Positions 35,823-41,355 of a DNA stretch of 41,355 bases are shown piece after piece; positions within the stretch are counted from its first letter, which is position 1, and each line of letters begins with the position of its first letter. The notes under the pieces were generated by a model. The model was not told where the DNA came from, did no database searches, and saw only the letters and a program-made list of their open reading frames with translations. The stretch is from Candidatus Bipolaricaulota bacterium (GTDB taxonomy: Bacteria; Bipolaricaulota; Bipolaricaulia; M55B111). A program made the position numbers and the translations under genes. The stretch is taken from NCBI GenBank assembly GCA_021735185.1, contig JAIPHN010000002.1, positions 1-41,355 on the forward strand, written 5' to 3'.

Positions 35823-37124
35823 ATGGCTGAAGTTTACCCCTTTGAAGGTTTCAGGTACAATCCGGAAAAAGTCGGCGATATTAATCGTGTAGTTAGCCCC
35901 CCTTACGACAAAATCGATGAAGAGGAAAGAGAGGACCTCGCCAATAACAGCATTTACAACATAGTAAGAATAATTTTGAGTAAAGCGAGAGACGAAGGAG
36001 AAGATAAATACGAAGTAGCGGCAAAAAACCTCCAGGATTGGATGGACGAAGGTGTGCTGGAAAGGGATAACGAACCGGCTTTTTACGCCTACTACCAGGA
36101 GTACGAAGCCGAAGGCGAAAAGAAAGTCCGAAAAGGTTTTATCGGCCTCGGCAAGATAGAGGAAGGAGAAGGCGTCAAGGCACATGAAGAAACGATGTCG
36201 GGACCGAAGGCCGACAGACTGCGATTGCTTCGTGCAACTGAAGCGAACTTTGGCCAAATATTTATGCTCTATTCGGATCCGGAGAACCAGGTTACTCAGG
36301 TGATGGACGAGTCGAGAGATGACAACCCGTTAGTCAAAGTAAAAGACAAGCACCGGAACACGCACAAAATATGGAAATTAACTGACGAGGAAGTCATTGC
36401 AAGTATAAAAGAGGCAATGGCCGACAAAAGCCTCTACATCGCGGACGGACATCACAGATACGAGACTGCACTGAATTATTGCAATGAGTGCCGCGAGAAA
36501 GGCTGGGAATCGCCGGATACCGGTGGTTTTGACAATAGGATGATGTCCTTCGTCAACGTGGACGATCCCGGTTTGAGCATTCTCGCAACTCACAGGCTAC
36601 TGCACGACGTGAAAAACTTTAAGCCCCATGGCGTACTCGACAGTGCGAGGGAGCACTTCAGGATCTCTCGTTACAATGAAAGAGACGACCTCCTCGAAAA
36701 ACTGGATGAAGATAGAGGAGAAAAGCACACCTTCGGCTACAGAGCAAAGGATGACAAGGCTTACTGGTCCATGACACTTCAGGACGAATCAGTCATGGAA
36801 GAGCTGCTTCCGAATAAATCCTCGGCCTGGCAAAAGCTCGACGTAGCTATTCTGCACAAGTTAGTCCTGGAAAACTATCTTGGCATAGACGAGGAAGCAC
36901 TCGAGGAGAAACGAAACCTCGATTACATAAGGGGACGAGAAAAAGCCCTCGACATGCTCAAAGAAGGTGGATATCAGGGAGCCTTTATCATGAATCCAAC
37001 CAGGATAGATCAGGTCAAGGAAATTGCCGATAAAGGAGAAAAGATGCCCCAAAAGTCCACCGATTTCTATCCCAAGTTACTGACGGGTCCGGTCCTGCAC
37101 AAATTAAAGATCGATAAAGGTTAG
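35823..37124 (+). CDS. DUF1015-family protein
   Basis: YIADGHHRYETAL block, about 430 aa. The start is 3 nt after the serA stop, and the stop is 4 nt before the alaS start. Confidence 0.7.
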   Translation: MAEVYPFEGFRYNPEKVGDINRVVSPPYDKIDEEEREDLANNSIYNIVRIILSKARDEGEDKYEVAAKNLQDWMDEGVLERDNEPAFYAYYQEYEAEGEKKVRKGFIGLGKIEEGEGVKAHEETMSGPKADRLRLLRATEANFGQIFMLYSDPENQVTQVMDESRDDNPLVKVKDKHRNTHKIWKLTDEEVIASIKEAMADKSLYIADGHHRYETALNYCNECREKGWESPDTGGFDNRMMSFVNVDDPGLSILATHRLLHDVKNFKPHGVLDSAREHFRISRYNERDDLLEKLDEDRGEKHTFGYRAKDDKAYWSMTLQDESVMEELLPNKSSAWQKLDVAILHKLVLENYLGIDEEALEEKRNLDYIRGREKALDMLKEGGYQGAFIMNPTRIDQVKEIADKGEKMPQKSTDFYPKLLTGPVLHKLKIDKG

Positions 37125-37127
37125 GCT

Positions 37128-39740
37128 ATGGAGTGGACAACTGATAAACTAAGAGAAGAATATCTAAGGTATTTTGAAGAGAAAGATCATCTGAGGCTGG
37201 AGGGGTCAGGGTTGATTCCCGACGACCCCTCCATGTTATTTACTTCCGCGGGGATGGTACAATTTAAGGACGTCTTCTGGGGGCACCGTGAACCGGAGGT
37301 TGAGAGAGCCACAACCTGCCAGAAGTGTTTTCGAGCAAACGATATCGAACGCGTCGGAGAAACCTGGTACCATCATACTTTCTTCGAGATGCTCGGTAAT
37401 TTTTCTTTTGGTTCTTACTTTAAAAGAGGCGCGATAAAGCTCGCCTGGGAATTTGTTACCGATGTACTCGGTTTTGAGGAGGAAAACCTCTGGGTCTCTG
37501 TCTACGAGACGGATTCCGAAGCTTACCAGATATGGAGCGACGAAATTGGAGTTCCGGAAAGCAAGATAGCCAGGCTCGGTAAGGACGAAAACTGGTGGGG
37601 TCCGGTGGGAGATTCCGGCCCCTGTGGCCCGGATTCCGAGATATTTTACGACGCCGGGGAGGAGTATAGCTGTGGTCCCGACTGTGACGGGGTAGCCTGT
37701 GATTGTAATAGGTTCAATGAACTCTGGAATCTCGTATTTACCGGCTATCAGATGAACAGAGAAGGGGAAGTAAGGGAACTGGAAAGGCAGAACATCGATA
37801 CTGGCATGGGCCTGGAACGAGTAGCATCCGTGCTTCAGGGTGTGGATTCCGACTTTGAAATAGACATCTTTCGCCCGATTATCGCTAGCGTCAAGGAGAA
37901 AATCGGCCTCAATTCTTACACGCCAGAACAAACCAGCTACGTCCATAGAATCGCGGATCATCTCCGGGGCGCGGCATTCCTCATATCAGAAGGAGTGATA
38001 CCCGCCAACGAAGGAAGAGGATACGTTCTGAGGCGAATAATCCGGCGAGCCGTCCAGGCTGGCGACAGGCTAGGAATGAAAGAGACGTTTCTGACTTCCT
38101 CGCTGCCGCCGATTATGGATACTATGGGGGAAACTTACCCGGAACTGGTCGAACGAAGGGATTTAATCGAGAACGTCATAGAACACGAAGAGGGGAGTTA
38201 CAGAAATACGCTGAACGAGGGAGAACAGCTTTTTTATCGCCTGGCCTCGGATTTACAGGAGAACAATCAGTCCGAAATTCCCGGCAAGGACGCCTTCAGG
38301 TTATACGATACTCACGGACTACCGTTGACTTTTCTGGAAGAGCTGGCAGAAGAAGAAGACCTGGCTATCGACATGGAAGGTTTCGAGCAAGAAATGGAAC
38401 AGCAGAGGAAACGATCCAGAAGCGAACAGGAGGACAGAGGAGAACTTCACGAAGTAGTTGACGTTCCGGAAACGGAATTCCTCGGGTACGAAAAAGACAG
38501 AGCAGAAGCCCGCGTTATAGCCCTGATCAAGGACGGCGAGAAAATCAATCGACTTGAAGAAGGGGACGAGGGAATCTTAGTTCTAGACAGGACTCCGTTT
38601 TACGCGGAGGCCGGTGGTCAGGTAAGCGACGTTGGAAGGATCCTCGACGGAGAGAGCCGGACCCGAATCAAGCAAGTGGAAGAGAGGAACGGGATCTACT
38701 ATCACGAAATAGACGTATCTACCGGGAACATCGTCGAAGGAGACAGAGTGACGGCGGAAATAAATACGGATAAAAGGAGGGGGACTGAGAGAAATCATAC
38801 TGGAACTCACCTGCTCCACCAGGCGCTCCAGCAGGTACTGGGGTCCCACGTAGTCCAATCCGGTTCCAAAGTAGCTCCCGCGGAGTTGAGGTTTGACTTC
38901 AATCACTTCGAAATAACGACCGAAGAAGAACAGGAAAAAATCGAAGACATCGTCAATGAAATCATTTTATCCGACAGGAACGTCTCAGTGGACTGGGTGG
39001 AAAGCGTGGAAAAAGCAAAAGAACTCGGCGCTTCTGCTCACTTCGAGGAGGAATATCGGGGCAAGGAAGAACTGAGAACTATTACCGTTGAAGAATTCAG
39101 TAAAGAGCTCTGCGGGGGGACTCACGTAAACAGGACCGGCCAGATCGGAGGTTTTGCGATCAAATCAATAGAGACGATTGCCTCCGGCATCCGCAGGATA
39201 AGAGCCGTAACGGGTAAAAACTTCTTATCTGACTACCGCGATCAACGGGTCCTTTTGAAACAATTAGCGGATATGGCAGGCTCCGGTGAATCCGACCTCG
39301 TAGAAAGATTCAATTCGATTCTGACACAGGAGGAAAACCTGAGAGACGAACTGGAAAGAAAAACTGAAAGGTTACTTGCCACCTTAAAGGAAAAAATTCT
39401 CCAGGAAGTTGAGAGGGAGGAAGGAGTCGAGATAGTAGCTAACAGACCAAACGTCGATGCATCCGATTTGAAGCGACTGGCCGATCACGTTGAGGCCGAG
39501 ATCGACGGCGTAGTGATTCTCGGCACAACCGAGGAGGATAGTGCTTCAGTAGTCTGCAAGGTTTCCGAATCACGTACCCAGTTATTAAATGCAGGAAAGA
39601 TCGTCAGAGAGGCTTCTGCAGTACTGGGTGGCGGAGGAGGCGGTTCTGCTGGTTTCGCCCAGGGCGGTGGCCCGGAAAAGGAAAAACTCGGCCGGGCTCT
39701 GCGTTCGGGGGTAAATATCGTCAGGAGTAGCTTAGATTAA
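37128..39740 (+). CDS. alaS: alanyl-tRNA synthetase
   Basis: FTSAGMVQFK and WWGPVGDSGPCGPDSEIFYD are class II AlaRS motifs. HTGTHLLH is the editing-domain motif. A Gly-rich C-terminal DHHA1-type region is present. Confidence 0.95.
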   Translation: MEWTTDKLREEYLRYFEEKDHLRLEGSGLIPDDPSMLFTSAGMVQFKDVFWGHREPEVERATTCQKCFRANDIERVGETWYHHTFFEMLGNFSFGSYFKRGAIKLAWEFVTDVLGFEEENLWVSVYETDSEAYQIWSDEIGVPESKIARLGKDENWWGPVGDSGPCGPDSEIFYDAGEEYSCGPDCDGVACDCNRFNELWNLVFTGYQMNREGEVRELERQNIDTGMGLERVASVLQGVDSDFEIDIFRPIIASVKEKIGLNSYTPEQTSYVHRIADHLRGAAFLISEGVIPANEGRGYVLRRIIRRAVQAGDRLGMKETFLTSSLPPIMDTMGETYPELVERRDLIENVIEHEEGSYRNTLNEGEQLFYRLASDLQENNQSEIPGKDAFRLYDTHGLPLTFLEELAEEEDLAIDMEGFEQEMEQQRKRSRSEQEDRGELHEVVDVPETEFLGYEKDRAEARVIALIKDGEKINRLEEGDEGILVLDRTPFYAEAGGQVSDVGRILDGESRTRIKQVEERNGIYYHEIDVSTGNIVEGDRVTAEINTDKRRGTERNHTGTHLLHQALQQVLGSHVVQSGSKVAPAELRFDFNHFEITTEEEQEKIEDIVNEIILSDRNVSVDWVESVEKAKELGASAHFEEEYRGKEELRTITVEEFSKELCGGTHVNRTGQIGGFAIKSIETIASGIRRIRAVTGKNFLSDYRDQRVLLKQLADMAGSGESDLVERFNSILTQEENLRDELERKTERLLATLKEKILQEVEREEGVEIVANRPNVDASDLKRLADHVEAEIDGVVILGTTEEDSASVVCKVSESRTQLLNAGKIVREASAVLGGGGGGSAGFAQGGGPEKEKLGRALRSGVNIVRSSLD

Positions 39741-39794
39741 CACGAATAGCTCAGTTACGAGATAAGTTTTCACTTTTTCAGGAACTATCTGAGA

Positions 39795-40036
39795 AGTCAA
39801 TTACCCCGCCCTTCCGCGCGGGGCTTGTAGAAAAACCCCTTTACAACCAAAAAACTACATACTTCAAAAACGCGAGACCCAGCACCCAGCAGTCAATTCG
39901 GAACTGGCTTTGTACCTGTATTGAACTTTAATGAGCAGGGCGAATTGACTGCTGGGTGCTTTATATCAAGTTAAGTTAACCAGCGGCTCATCCCCAGGGC
40001 AAGCCCTGGGTGGTTCTCAGCTATTATTGGCAAAAG
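39795..40036 (+). repeat. interspersed intergenic element, copy D (long form, archetype)
   Basis: AGTCAATTA plus a hairpin at 39804-39823, then GGGGCTTGTAGAAA, TTTACAAC and CGAGACCCAGCA. Perfect 20-bp arms lie at 39881-39900 and 39941-39960 around 40 nt. The hairpin CCCAGGG-CAAG-CCCTGGG lies at 39993-40010, followed by GGTTCTCAG and TTGGCAAAAG. Confidence 0.9.
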
Positions 40037-40130
40037 CTCGCCCCCGTTAGATGAGGAAGAAACGAGAAACCAACCATAACTGAAGGTTCATTTACACAAA
40101 AACGGGGCGGACTTGATCCTAACCTCGGAG

Positions 40131-41312
40131 TTATTGCTCCGCGGAGATCGGCATGCAAACGTAAAGAAAGTCCTCTTCCCCCTTTGCCGGTTCCAGTAAG
40201 CCGGCAGTATCCGAGTCCAGCAGCCAGAGCACTACCTCTTCAGTACTCATTCGCCTCAGTGCATCGATCAAAAACTCTGCTTTAAAGGATATTTCCACGG
40301 TTCCCTTGCTCGGCTCCAGCAGCTCAACTATCTCCTCCAGCTCTCCTTTTTCCGGGGAGGAAGAATAGATCGTCAATCCATCCGAACCTTCTTCCGCCTG
40401 TAACCTAACGGCACCGGACTCTTCCGAAGCGGTAATTTCCGCTCGATTCAGGGTTTCCATCGTCTTGTCCCTGTTCAGCTTCAACGGTAGCTCATTGTCT
40501 TCCGGTATAACTGCCTGGTACTCCGGAAACTGTTCCATTATCAGTTTATCCGAAAATACCACGTCATCGGATACGAAGAAGACCTCGGACTTTGAAGCGT
40601 AAACTTTTACCGTTTCCGAATCCGTGCTGGAGAGAATCCGATCGAGCTCCCCCAGAGCACTTGATTCGATAAGGAGCGTGGTCTGCTCTTCGACCTCGCT
40701 TAGCGGAATCGATTTGACGGACATCCTGTACCCGTTTGTCGCTACCATTTTTAATTGGTCCGCCTCGAAAATCGAGTTTACTCCAGTCAAAGACAATCTG
40801 GTCGTTTCTTTTGCCTTCAGAGCAGCAAAAGTAGTCTGTTTGATCGCTTCCTTGAACTCGTCAACTTTTATCTCAGCTATCGGTTCTTCCGGTAACTGAT
40901 CAACGCCTGGGTAGTCCTCTGTAGATAGTTGAAAAAGATCGAAATTGATCGGCCCCGAGGATAGTTCTACTTTCTGATTCTCCTCGGGATCGGACTTAAG
41001 CCTTACCTCGCCCCCTTCCGGGATTCTCTGCATTATCTTGGCAAGAACGTCACCCTTAAGCACTACCGTTGACTCGCCCTCGAGATTAGTTATCGGAACT
41101 GTGCACCTGGTAGTCATTTCCAGGTCCGTTGAAGTAAGCTTCAGTTCTTCTGATTTGACCTCCAGCTTTACTCCTGAAAGTATCGGCATATCTCTACCGG
41201 TTCCGATACTTCTCTTCACGATATCCATTCCGTAAACCAGATCCTCAGTATCGCACCTAAAATCAACTTCGGCGGGGCTATCCGTTCCCACATCAAGTTC
41301 CTGGTCAGACAC
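40131..41312 (-). CDS. dnaN: DNA polymerase III beta sliding clamp
   Basis: About 390 aa with a three-domain periodicity. The N-terminal block is RDMPILSGVKLEVKSEELKLTSTDLEMTTRC. GTG start with AGGAGG 8 nt upstream. Confidence 0.85.
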   Translation of the reverse strand: MSDQELDVGTDSPAEVDFRCDTEDLVYGMDIVKRSIGTGRDMPILSGVKLEVKSEELKLTSTDLEMTTRCTVPITNLEGESTVVLKGDVLAKIMQRIPEGGEVRLKSDPEENQKVELSSGPINFDLFQLSTEDYPGVDQLPEEPIAEIKVDEFKEAIKQTTFAALKAKETTRLSLTGVNSIFEADQLKMVATNGYRMSVKSIPLSEVEEQTTLLIESSALGELDRILSSTDSETVKVYASKSEVFFVSDDVVFSDKLIMEQFPEYQAVIPEDNELPLKLNRDKTMETLNRAEITASEESGAVRLQAEEGSDGLTIYSSSPEKGELEEIVELLEPSKGTVEISFKAEFLIDALRRMSTEEVVLWLLDSDTAGLLEPAKGEEDFLYVCMPISAEQ

Positions 41313-41355
41313 TATTTTACCTCCTAAATTATTTCACGAGTTTTTCCGACAATTT

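Noticed and set aside
35487-36257. 256-aa minus-strand ORF from the track
   Set aside because: It lies entirely antisense inside the well-supported serA and DUF1015 genes. It has a low-complexity F/S/V-rich translation, no SD and no recognisable motif, so it is a shadow ORF.
37236-37961. 241-aa minus-strand ORF inside alaS, together with similar antisense ORFs such as 8108-8698, 15028-15555, 18224-18826, 27309-27863 and 31553-32092
   Set aside because: All are embedded in genes with strong family motifs on the other strand or frame, and none has an SD or a motif of its own. These are typical shadow ORFs.
39741-40130. Replication origin next to dnaN
   Set aside because: I found no cluster of TTATCCACA-type DnaA boxes and no AT-rich unwinding repeats. 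The spacer lies downstream of dnaN and is explained by element copy D. A single DnaA-box-like ATATCCACT near 24300 is isolated.

Overview
This is a 41.4-kb chromosomal segment of an unidentified bacterium. SSB, DnaN, HflK/HflC and Rex are all bacterial-type. One beta-rich protein with a C-terminal aromatic beta-signal suggests a diderm envelope, and the proteins are visibly rich in Asp/Glu. I support about 32 protein genes. Housekeeping genes: the 5' part of purA, a short birA-like gene overlapping ileS, coaX, rex, a serC-like/serA/DUF1015/alaS operon, a nifU-like gene, ssb, hflKC, and dnaN at the right edge. There is also a LacI-headed galactoside/Leloir island: a CUT1-type ABC binding protein, two permeases, a GH42 beta-galactosidase, a GH4 alpha-galactosidase, galT and galK. 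I saw no rRNA, tRNA, CRISPR array, transposase, integrase or recognisable defence gene. The most unusual signal is non-coding. Nearly every long intergenic spacer carries a copy of one modular element of roughly 70-250 nt. I recognise at least 9 copies plus a 1.4-kb ORF-free cluster of decayed copies. All copies share one orientation, whatever the direction of the flanking genes. The best copies have two subterminal GC-rich hairpins, stem changes that preserve pairing, and an optional internal hairpin with perfect 16-20-bp arms. Read on the minus strand, the ends have the layout of IS200/IS605-family ends without any ORF (PATE/MITE-like). An independently transcribed structured RNA family is the alternative. 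Secondary observations: the GalT N-terminal segment sits on a separate out-of-frame 37-codon ORF with a TAATG overlap; DUF1015 is tightly coupled to serine-biosynthesis genes; BirA consists of the catalytic core only; an AsrA-like Fe-S protein is orphaned; and a membrane protein, an OMP-like protein and a geranylgeranyl-reductase-family protein form one unit. All alignments were made by eye, and no database search was possible.
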